Positions 51,394-64,000 of a DNA stretch of 64,000 nt are shown in pieces. The notes under the pieces are model-generated. The model saw only the letters and a list, made by a program, of their open reading frames with translations. It made no database searches and had not been told where the DNA came from. The position numbers and the translations under genes are program-made. The DNA is from Eledone cirrhosa (Eukaryota), in the NCBI GenBank assembly GCA_964016885.1, contig OZ024751.1, forward strand, positions 50,716,001-50,780,000, given 5' to 3'. Position 1 is the stretch's first letter, and the number at the start of each line of letters is the position of its first letter.

Positions 51394-52263
51394 ATATATA
51401 TATATAATTACAACAGTGACATAAACAGGTACTCAAGTTTCGTTGGGTTCTGGGCCCCAATTTCTTCAGCCTGTCATGGGAAAAATGGAAAACCTATGGA
51501 CTGAGTGCTCTTAACATTTACTTCAGTATATCTATCTAGGGTATTAACATATGTTAACCTCCCAAAAGTTAGCTCAAAAGTGACACAGAAGACTGAGGTT
51601 AGCTGGACATGCTCACCCACATCCAGAGTTGACACTGCACTCAGTGGTCCTGTGGGAGCCCCTGCATGGACACACTGGAAGAGGAAGACCAAGGTCAACA
51701 TATATATATATATATATAGTAATAATAATAAATGTGAAAACTAAAATATATATATATGATATACATACATATATAATATACATACATATATATATAATAT
51801 ACATATATATATATATATAATATACATACATATATATATAATATACATATATATATATATAATATACATACATATAGCAATATCTGTAGATGTGAAAAGG
51901 AAAAAGAAAAACTGCTCAATCGGGAAGAGAGCAGAAATATATTATTTATTTAGGGGCGGTGGATTGGCAGTATCGGTAGAGAGTCGGAGGCCATACTTTG
52001 CAGCATAGAGTTACAGCCCTTGCCATTCTGTTTTCAAATCCCGCCGAGGTTAACTTTGCCTTTCATCCTTATGGGGTCGATAAAATAAAGTACCAGTAAT
52101 GCACTGGGTAATTGCTGGCCTTGTGCCAAAATTAGAAACAATTATTTATTTATGTTCATAAACGGAACAAAAGTGCAACCCAAGGTTTCAAGGTTCAAAT
52201 TTGACCAAGGCCACAATATATATGAGGCATCAAATTAGTGACCTTTCTTCAGGCGCTTATAAG

Positions 52264-52346
<83 letters not shown>

Positions 52347-52347
52347 G

Positions 52348-52437
<90 letters not shown>

Positions 52438-52846
52438 AAAGTTCTATTTAAATTGTTGGGATACAACAAGCAAATATTTTTATAACTGATATAAAGCACT
52501 CAACAAATAATTGGAGTAAAAATACGATATTAACAAATGGAAACTATATTTATAAAACCATATTTATTTCATTATACATATTTCAAGGACACCAAGTTAA
52601 ATTATGGTGTGCTTTCATCAGATAAAATATAATATAGATCAGTTTTATAAATAAATATTGACATTCCCTTAAAGAATGTAACAGTAATGGTTGCATTCTT
52701 TAAGGGAATGCCAATATTTATTTATAAAACTGATCTATATTATATTTTATCTGATGAAAGCACACCATAATTTAACTTGGTGTCCTTGAAATATGTATAA
52801 TGAAATAAATATGGTTTTATAAATATAGTTTCCATTTGTTAATATC

Positions 52847-52903
<57 letters not shown>

Positions 52904-52911
<8 letters not shown>

Positions 52912-53095
52912 AGACGTAAAATAAGAAAATTATAAAATTAACTTACTTACTAAAATATCACTTCCAACTAATTAGTTTCTGGAATGGAGTAAGTAAGTTA
53001 ATTTTATAATTTTCTTATTTTACGTCTCTTATATTATTGTTCTGCAACCCCATGCATTGAACCACACTGTTATTAAGACAAAACCTATATATTTG
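52904..53095. mobile_element. Fold-back element H
   Basis: Perfect arms of about 47 bp (52904-52951 and 52988-53034) next to (TA)n. Confidence 0.65.
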
Positions 53096-53154
53096 CTAGC
53101 ATTGATATGCATCTGTATGTATATATATGTTACTAGATATGAATTCTTTATTAT

Positions 53155-53262
<108 letters not shown>

Positions 53263-53462
53263 GTGTAGGTATGTATATAGTTACTGTCGCTCAGAGAGTG
53301 GGATTGGCTCAGTGCACAGTCTTTCCTCACTTTAAAAAAATAATCTTCACGCAGAGGCATTGCACGATGGCATTAATTAATAATTATTAATAATGTATAT
53401 CGTGCAATGGCCACACTCGATAACGCGGGAGCAGCCATCATATATATATGTGTGTGTGTATG

Positions 53463-53526
<64 letters not shown>

Positions 53527-53581
53527 GCGGGTGTGTTAGAGTGTGTGAATGTATGTGTGCGTGATTGGATGTACGAATGCT

Positions 53582-53612
<31 letters not shown>

Positions 53613-53826
53613 GAGAGCGAAAGCTAAAGAGAGAGAGTGTGTGTGTGTGTGTGTGAGACAGAGAGAGAGTGTGTGTATGCGTGTGTATGTGTGCGTATGT
53701 GTGTGTGTGTATGTGTGTGAGTGTGTGTAGGTGTGTGGGTGTGTGTGTTTATTTCAGGTAATTAAGAAAGTATATCTGACAATGAGAAAATTGCTATTGC
53801 TATCTTGACTGTTGCAGCTGTGAAAC

Positions 53827-53902
<76 letters not shown>

Positions 53903-53909
53903 GGTGGTA

Positions 53910-53953
<44 letters not shown>

Positions 53954-53979
53954 GGTGGTAGTGGTGGTAGTAGTAGTAA

Positions 53980-54019
<40 letters not shown>

Positions 54020-54029
54020 GGTGGTAGTG

Positions 54030-54078
<49 letters not shown>
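53827..54078. repeat. (TAG)n/(TGG)n microsatellite
   Basis: Seen directly. Confidence 0.95.
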
Positions 54079-54218
54079 CCGCAGCAGCAATTGCAGCAGT
54101 AAACCACAACACCTGTAGTAGTAGCTGCACCAGTTACAGCAGTAGCCACTGCTGTACTGGTAACATTAGACTACGCTAACCGCAGCAGTAGTAGCAGCAG
54201 CATGCCATAAAATTAACT

Positions 54219-55395
54219 GCAGCAGCAGGCTACTATAACGACAGCAACAACCGCAGCAGCAGGCTACAATAACGACAGCAACAACCGCAGCAGCAGCAGA
54301 CTACTATAACGACAGCAACAACCGCAGCAGCAGGCTACTATAACGACAGCAACAACCGCAGCAGCAGGCTACTATAACGACAGCAACAACTGCAGCAGCA
54401 GGCTACTATAACGACAGCAACAACCGCAGCAGCAGGCTACTATAACGACAGCAACAACCGCAGCAGCAGGCTACTATAACGACAGCAACAACCGCAGCAG
54501 CAGGCTACAATAACGACAGCAACAACCGCAGCAGCAGGCTACAATAACGACAGCAACAACCGCAGCAGCAGACTACTATAACGACAGCAACAACCGCAGC
54601 AGCAGGCTACTATAACGACAGCAACAACTGCAGCAGCAGGCTACTATAACGACAGCAACAACCGCAGCAGCAGGCTACTATAACGACAGCAACAACCGCA
54701 GCAGCAGGCTACTATAACGACAGCAACAACCGCAGCAGCAGGCTACTATAACGACAGCAGCAACCGCAGCAGCAGGCTACTATAACGACAGCAACAACTG
54801 CAGCAGCAGGCTACTATAACGACAGCAGCAACCGCAGCAGCAGGCTACTATAACGACAGCAACAACCGCAGCAGCAGGCTACTATAACGACAACAGCAAC
54901 CGCAGCAGCAGGCTACTATAACGACAGCAGCAACCGCAGCAGCAGGCTACTATAACGACAGCAACAACCGCAGCAGCAGGCTACTATAACGACAACAGCA
55001 ACCGCAGCAGCAGGCTACTATAACGACAGCAGCAGCAACAGCAGCAGGCTACTATAACGACAGCAACAACCGCAGCAGCAGGCTACAATAACGACAGCAA
55101 CTACCGCAGCAGCAGGCTACTATAACGACAGCAGCAACCGCAGCAGCAGGCTACTATAACGACAGCAGCAACCGCAGCAGCAGGCTACTATAACGACAGT
55201 AACAACCGCAGCAGCAACCGCAGCAGCAGGCTACTATAACGACAGTAACAACCGCAGCAGCAGGCTACTATAACGACAACAGCAACCGCAGCAGCAGGCT
55301 ACTATAACGACAGCAACAACCGCAGCAGCAGGCTACTATAACGACAGCAACAACCGCAGCAGCAGGCTACTATAACGACAGCAGCAACAGCAGCA
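54219..55395. repeat. 34-bp minisatellite of about 34 copies, with a degenerate continuation to about 55820
   Basis: gcagcagcaggctactataacgacagcaacaacc. Confidence 0.95.
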
Positions 55396-56539
55396 GTCTA
55401 CTATTATATAACAACAATATCTATAGTCACAACAGCAGCAACAACAGCAGTATCTATAGCGACAACAGCAGCATCAGCAGCACTATCTAAAGTCACAACA
55501 GCAGCATCAGCAGCAGTATCTAAAGTCACAATAGCAACATCAGGAGCAAGCTACTATATTATCTATAGCCACAACAGCAGCAACAACAGCAGTATCTAGA
55601 GCCACAACAGCAGCAATATCAGCAGCAGTATCTATAGTCACAACAGCAATATCAGCAGCAGTATCTATAGTCACAACAGCAGCAACAGTAGCAAGCTACT
55701 ATATTATCTATAGCCACAACAGCAGCAACAACAGCAGTATCTATAGCCACACCAGCAGCAATATCAGCAGCAGTATCTATAGTCACAACAGCAGCAACAG
55801 TAGCAAGCTACTATATTATCCACAACAGTTACACCAACAGTAGACTTCTGTTACAACAGTATATGTAACAGCAAGTAGTGCCACAGAACATGTAACAAGT
55901 TAACAACTGTTGCTCCTAATAACGATAACACTATTAGATAACAATCTAAACTATAATAAAGTAGGGAATGCGGGACTGCGTACAATTTATAATTTGTTAT
56001 CCCATTAGTAAAATAAGTTGGATTACTTTGAATAAATAATTGTTTCTACGTTAGGCACAAGGCCAGCAATTACCCAGTGCATTACTGGTACTTTGAATAA
56101 ATAATGAATGAATATTACATAATTTATCTACTAAATTTCGTTATTCTTGATGAAATATAAATAATTTTGTTGCTTATTTTAAGATTCACTTCTTTAAAAT
56201 GTTCAAATGTCAAAACTTCCGGTTAGCGATCGCTTAAATAAACATTCATATATTTCCGTCACTAATTTTCTCCTAATGCAGTTTATATATAATATCGTCT
56301 TTTTTTAATGTATCATGGATTACGTTACTGATTACATAAGAGAGTGAAACGCAGTCTTCGTTCAATTTCTGTGTATATTCTCAATTACGATTTTATTTGA
56401 TGTATCCTATCTACATGCATATATACTTGTGTATAATATCAATATGCACACTACATATGCTAGCAGAAAACCACCCGAAGGGTGGTTTTTCGGCTAATAA
56501 CGATAATAACACCACCGTCTCTATACCAACACTACCATT

Positions 56540-56821
56540 CAGGGGCGTAACTAGGGGGAGGCAAGCACGGGACGTGCCATTGAGACCACTTGGACTGGGA
56601 GCACTTTCAATTAAAGTCAAATAAGCTATCGTCGGAGAGTGAAAAAGAAATTTCTTCAGGTGTATGATCCGTCTTTGATTATCATAGTTGAGAACACTAT
56701 GTTGGCTGGATCATTAAACCATTTATATAAATTATTAGGCCCATAGTTAAAAATACAGTGCTAGGCAAAGGCGCAAGTTCACTGCTTGCCATAGATGCTA
56801 TTTTCCCTAGTTATGCCTCTG
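56540..56821. mobile_element. hAT-type MITE
   Basis: TIRs caggggcgtaactaggg and ccctagttatgcctctg, with an 8-bp TSD ctaccatt/ctaccatc. Confidence 0.75.
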
Positions 56822-58354
56822 CTACCATCACTATAAGAACACGATCATCACCACTATACCAACACGAACTACTATAATAACACCATCAGCAGCACCACAA
56901 AACTACACTACCTTCAACATCTCCCCAATAAAATCGACAAAACCATCGCCATCCTCACTTTAATGAAACCATCACCATTACTAATATAACTACATAGCCA
57001 TCATCGCTTTTATTACACCATTAATATCATCTGTCTCATCTCTTAAATCACCTAATTAGAACATAAAGTGATGCAACACTCTGCTACCCGCACGCTATTA
57101 ACTGTTGTGTGCACCAAGGTTCCGTTATGTCCCTTTTGTACATTTATAACCTTCTCGCTGTCACATCTAACAATAGTATGGAAAATACTGCACTTTATTT
57201 CTCCTTAAGTTCTGTTCAGAGATTAGACACGATACTTTAGAATTACACTTCTTCCGATAAACAGTTATTCTCCAGTGATATCATGACATCCTACTTACCT
57301 TCAACGACATAAAAACACATTTTTCCCCCTTTTATAATTCATTCAATAATAGTCAGAGAAGCAAGGGCTGCGTTCATAAATCTTTCTACGTTCTCTGTGA
57401 CTTGTGGAAGGAGGAGAGGATGTTCTCCTCAAACCTATGAATGCTCCAAATGCAATGCCTATATCAGTGTAGACATAGTTAAATATCCTCTAAACCAGTT
57501 GTCTCTAACCTTTTTTTATACCACGGACCGGCTTTCCGCCGACCGGTAGTTGCACACATGTGTCATTTAAGTGCATTTCAATAAATAGAGCAATAATAAA
57601 AAGAGCAATTTTTTAAAAGGAAGAAAAAGTGTATTGAGATTATAACTATTGAATATTTAAACAAATATTTTAAAATCAAAATCCAATATTCAATTTAGCT
57701 ATTATATAATTTTAGACAAGTTAATTACTTCTTTGCGGCCCGGTAGCAAATGATCTACAAATGAACTGCAGTTCAGCAGAGGAAGGACTACACAAAGTGC
57801 TAGGAACACAATATGGTTGACGAAACACAGCCAAATCATTCACACACAAAAAAAAAGCAACATAATCACGCAGAAAATTCGTCTGGCCAAAAGGACTAGG
57901 CACAAAAGATGAAAAGTAGAACAGCATATACTATCAAACGAACTTCCGTCAAGGAAAAGTATCTGGAATTTCTATGATAACAACCAAGATGGTGTCATGG
58001 CATCCCCCACACTCGGCGGTACGGCAGCATTAAAAGAACCTACCCTGGGTCTGTCCACAGGTTTCACATCGTCAACAATGATAAAGCAGGCCTGAAGACA
58101 TCACTGGATAATAATTGTTTCTTCTTTTTGGCACAAAGCCAGCAATTATGTGGTTGAGAGGAAGAGCAAAGTCTGGGCGGCGTGCCACACCTTGAGATTT
58201 GAGATCGGTGTGGGAGTCGGACCTTCGTAAAGACCCGAAGGTCCTCCTCTTCATTGCTGTAGTGGAGTCTCTGCTGCTGTACGGGTCTGAGATTTGTGTG
58301 TGTATGTGTGTGTATATATATGTATATATATATATGTGTGTGTGAGTGTGTGTT

Positions 58355-58491
58355 ATATCCACACAACAATTATGACACACATACACAGGTAAGTGATTTG
58401 TATATTAATAACAAGTCTCTGTGTGTGTATATATATATGTGTATGTGTGTATGTGTGTATGTGTATATATATGTGTGTGTATGTGTGTATG

Positions 58492-58524
<33 letters not shown>

Positions 58525-58635
58525 ATATATATCCACACATACACAGGTAAGTGATTTGTATATTAATAGCAAGTTTCTGTGTGTGTATATATATGTATGT
58601 ATATATATGTGTGTGTGTATATGTGTGTATGTGTG

Positions 58636-58676
<41 letters not shown>

Positions 58677-58788
58677 ATTATATCCACACATACACAGGTA
58701 AGTGATTTGTATATTAATAGCAAGTTTCTGTGTGTGTATATATATGTATGTATATATATGTGTGTGTGTATATGTGTGTGTATGTGTG

Positions 58789-58825
<37 letters not shown>

Positions 58826-59070
58826 ATTATATCCACACATACACAGGTAAGTAATTTGTATATTAATAGCAAGTTTCTGTGTGTGTATATATATGTATGT
58901 ATATATATGTGTGTATATGTGTGTGTGTATATATATATGTGTGTGTGTATGTGTATGTATATGTGTATATGTATATATGTATATATGTGTGTATATATGT
59001 GTGTATGTGTGTATGTGTGTGTTATATCCACACATACACAGGTAAGTGATTTGTATATTAATAACAAGTT
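58355..59070. repeat. Five tandem units of about 150 bp: a conserved core of about 45 bp plus (GT/AT)n spacers
   Basis: Core cacacatacacaggtaagtgatttgtatattaatagcaagt. Confidence 0.9.
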
Positions 59071-59249
59071 GGTTATTAAAACAAGGAAAGATTAAAATGA
59101 CAGTTAGCAATTGCTACTAATTAAACTGAGAGTCCTCTAGAAACTAATTTAATCTCTAATTAATTAGTGACCAATTGGTGTTAACTCATCAATGTTAAGA
59201 TGTTAAGTCATCAATAACAGATTTCGATTAATTTGTCTTTTGCCGCCGC

Positions 59250-62200
59250 CACCACCACCACCATCATAATCAGCACCACAGCCATCACCACCACATCACC
59301 ACCACATCTAACCACACTTCCACCAATACCACTATTACCAACAGCACCGCCACCTCTACCATCACCACCACCAACAACACTCCCACCAACTCCACCACAA
59401 CCACTAGCAACACCACTAGCAACACCACTATTACCAATATCACCGCCACCTCTACCATCACCACCACTATTAATACTAACACCAACACCACTACCAACAA
59501 CATCGTCAACACTACGATCACTACCACTACCAACACTACTACCAACACCACCACCAACACCACTAATACCAAAACACTGCCACCACAACCGCCACCGCCG
59601 CCAGTGGCAACCACACCAACACTAACACCAACACCAACAATACGACCAAAAACAACACCAACAACACCACCAACAACAACAACAGCAACAACACCAACAG
59701 CCACATCAACATCACTAAAAACAACACCAACAACACCACTACCAACAACACCACCAACAACAACACCAACAACACCACCAACAACACTACCAACAACACC
59801 ACCAACAACAACACCAAAAATACACCCAACAACAACACCAACAACACCACCACCAACAATACCACCACCACCAACAATACCACCACCACCAACGACAACA
59901 ACAACACCAACACCACATCAACAACACTAAAACCAACACCAACACCAACAACACCACCACCAACAACACCACCAACAACAACACCAACAACACCACCAAC
60001 AACACCACCAACAACAACACCAACAACAACACCACCAACAATACCACCACCAACAACAACACCAACAACACCAACAATACCACCACCAACAACACCACCA
60101 ACAACAACACCAACAACACCAACAACAACACCAACAACAACACCAACAACACCACCAACAATACCACCACCACCAACAACACCAACAACACCACCACCAA
60201 CAACACCAACAACAACACCACCAACAACACCACTACCAACAACAACACCAACAACACCACCAACAACAACACCAACAACACCACCAACAACAATACCACC
60301 AACAACAACACCAACAACACCACCAACAACAATACCACCACCAACAACACCAACACCACCAACAACACCACCACTAACAACACCAACAACAACACCACCA
60401 ACAACACCACTACCACCAACAACACCAACAACACCAACAACACCACCAACAACAACACCAACAACACCAACAATACCACTACCAACAACAACACCAACAA
60501 CACCACCAACAACACCACCAACAATACCACCAACAACAACACCAACAACACCACCAACAACAATACCACCACCAACAACAACACCACCACCAACAACACC
60601 AACACCACCAACAACACCAACACCAACAACACCACCAACAACAACACCAACAACACCACCAACAACAACACCAACAACACCACCAACAACACCACCAACA
60701 ACACCACCAACAACAACACCAACAACACCACCAACAACAACACCAACAACACCACCAACAACAACACCAACAACACCACCAACAACAACAAAACCACCAA
60801 CAACACCACCACCAACAACACCAACAACACCACCAACAACAATACCACCACCAACGACAACACCACCACCAACAACACCAACAACACCACCAACAACAAC
60901 ACCAACAATACCACCACCAACAACACCACCACCAACAACACCAACAACACCACCAACAACAACACCAACAACACCAACACCACCACCAACAATACCACCA
61001 CCACCAACAACACCAACAACACTACCACCAGCAACACCACCAACAACAACACCAACAACAATACCACCACCACCAACAACACCAACAACAACACCAACAA
61101 CAACAACACCACCAACAATACCACCACCAACAACAACACCAACAACACCACCAACAACAACAAAACCACCAACAACACCACCACCAACAACACCAACAAC
61201 ACCACCAACAATACCACCAACAACACCACCAACAACAACACCAACAACTATACCACCACCACCAACAACACCAACAACAACACCAACAACAATACCACCA
61301 CCACCAACAACACCACCACCAACAACACCAACAACACCACCAACAACAACACCAACAATACCACCACCACCAACAACACCAACAACAACACCAACAATAC
61401 CACCAACAACAACACCAACAACAACACCACCAACAATACCACCACCAACAACAACACCAACAACACCACCAACAACAACAAAACCACCAACAACACCACC
61501 ACCAACAACACCACCAACAACAACACCAACAATACCACCACCACCAACAACACCAACAACACTACCAACAACACCACCAACAACAACACCAACAACACCA
61601 CCACCAACAATACCACCACCACCAACACCACCAACAACACCAACAACACCAACAACACCACCACCACCAACAACACCAACAACACCAACAACACCACCAA
61701 CAACACCACCAACAACAACACCAACAACACCACCACCAACAATACCACTACCACCAACAACACCAACAACACCAACAACACCACCAACAACAACACCAAC
61801 AACACCACCAACAACAACACCAACAACACCACCACCAACAACAACACCAACAACACCACCAACAACAACACCAACAACACCAACAACACCACCAACAATA
61901 CCACCAACAACAACACCAACAACACCACCACCAACAACAACACCAACAACACCACCAACAACAACACCAACAACACCAACACCACCAACAACAACACCAA
62001 CACCACCAACAACAACACCAACACCACCAACACCACCAACACCATCAACACCACCAACACCATCAACACCAACAACACCACCAACAACACCAACAACACC
62101 ACCAACAACACCAACAACACCACCAACAACAACACCAACAACACCACCAACAACAACACCAACAACACCACCACCAACAACAACACCAACAACACCACCA

Positions 62201-63262
62201 ACAACAACACCAACAACACCAACAACACCACCAACAATACCACCAACAACAACACCAACAACACCACCACCAACAACAACACCAACAACACCACCAACAA
62301 CAACACCAACAACACCAACACCACCAACAACAACACCAACACCACCAACAACAACACCAACACCACCAACACCACCAACACCATCAACACCACCAACACC
62401 ATCAACACCAACAACACCACCAACAACACCACCAACAACACCAACAACACCAACAACACCACCAACAACACCACCACCAACAACACCAACAACACCAACA
62501 ACACCACCAATAACACCACCAACAACAACACCAACAACACCACCACCAACAATACCACCACCACCAACACCAACAACACCAACAACACCACCAACAACAA
62601 CACCAACAACAACACCAACAACACCACCACCAACAACAACACCAACAACACCACCACCAACAACACCAACAACACCACCAACAACACCACCACCACCAAC
62701 AACACCAACAACACCAACAACACCACCAACAACACCAACAACACCAACAACAACACCAACAACACCACCAACAACACCAACAACACCACCAACAACACCA
62801 ACAACACCAACAACACCAACAACACCACCAACAACACCAACAGCACCAACAACAACACCAACAACACCACCAACAACACCAACAACACCACCAACAACAC
62901 CAACAGCACCAACAACACCACCAACAACACCACCAACAACAACACCAACACCACCAACAACAACACCAACAACACCACCACCAACAACACCACCAACAAC
63001 ACCACCAACAACAACACCAACAACACCACCACCAACAACAACACCAACAACACCACCAACAACAACACCAACAACACCACCAACAACAACACCACCAACA
63101 ACAACACCAACAACACCACCACCAACAACAACACCAACAACACCACCACCACCAACACCACCAACACCACCAACAACAACACCAACAACACCACCAACAA
63201 CAACAACACCACCAACAACAACACCAACAATACCACCACCACCAACAACACCAACAACACCG
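59250..63262. repeat. About 4 kb (CCA/ACA)n low-complexity tract with internal higher-order duplication
   Basis: Triplet mosaic. The rare ccatca markers recur about 350 bp apart (near 62042 and 62381). Confidence 0.95.
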
Positions 63263-63489
63263 TTAATCCGCTTACCCAATCAAAACTCTCCAAGTTGTAT
63301 TCCCAGTGTCATTAAACTCTTTTTAATCCTTCATTGATGTCTTTTACATCTTGTTGTTGTTGTTATTCCTGTTATTCTTGTTCTTTTTTTTTCTCCTTTG
63401 TTTCCTTGTTTCCTTCTCCTTCTTCACTTTCTTCTCTTCCCACCCCCTCTGCTTCACCACTTTCTGCTTCCTCTCTTCTTCTTTGACGC

Positions 63490-63680
63490 CCACTTACTCC
63501 TGAGAGGGTGGTGGGGGACGAGTCCTCAAACACTCCTTCCAGCGAGTCCTACCAGAAGCAACTGTCTCCAACTGAGCCAACCCCATTTCGGCCGCTTGTA
63601 TTAGCCATCGTATTCTTTCGGTCATTACCCAAGATTCATGACCATAGGTCATGGATGGCAAGAATACCAAATTCAATTCC
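63490..63680 (-). mobile_element. RTE-type LINE fragment
   Basis: LPSMTYGHESWVMTERIR..IQAAEM. Confidence 0.65.
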
Positions 63681-63849
63681 ATCTGACATTCCTAATGATT
63701 TCATACGAATGAAACAGTTCTAGTTCTGTAGAAGTCATTTCTATATATATAATAAAGATGCCTATATTCTACCAACGTATTGAGTACACTTTTTAACTAC
63801 AGTTACACCCCACTCGACACAACTCGGGAACCTACATATCAACAGTAGT

Positions 63850-63913
<64 letters not shown>

Positions 63914-63950
63914 ACAAGCTGTAATGGTAAGAGCTCAGCCGTCGGTTACC

Positions 63951-64000
<50 letters not shown>

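Noticed and set aside
58355-59070. CRISPR-like repeat/spacer pattern
   Set aside because: The spacers are related microsatellites, the context is eukaryotic, and there are no cas genes.
59563-63293. Long minus-strand ORFs (1238, 681 and 486 aa; G/V/L-rich)
   Set aside because: They are translations of a (TGG/TGT)n tract that almost cannot contain stop codons.

Overview
Eukaryotic, AT-rich, microsatellite-dense animal DNA. The SINE, LINE and microsatellite content points to an octopus or other coleoid cephalopod (inference). I reconstructed two convergent spliced genes by hand. (1) Minus strand, 48642->17239: a secreted stand-alone peptidyl-alpha-hydroxyglycine alpha-amidating lyase (PAL), 10 exons plus a possible 15-nt microexon, about 361-366 aa. 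(2) Plus strand, 3780-9321: an 8-exon, about 527 aa protein I do not recognise, with an acidic tail carrying CETGEI repeats. The rest is mostly mobile DNA: two RTE-type LINEs with a PHD finger inside the RT, a near-intact CR1, remnants of CRE-like, R4/Dong-like, RTE, mariner and hAT elements, and many tRNA-derived SINEs. The most notable signals are: about a dozen unrelated families of short (TA)n-embedded fold-back elements, many carrying minimal hammerhead ribozyme cores (Penelope-like); a 3.1 kb retroelement-derived 47-bp satellite that supplies about 67 TACTAAC branch-point boxes directly at a PAL acceptor; a seven-fold duplicated PAL 3' splice site; and a PAL Tyr codon (TAT) at a normally conserved Cys that A-to-I editing could restore. 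All calls were made by eye with no database searches, so coordinates of repeats are approximate.
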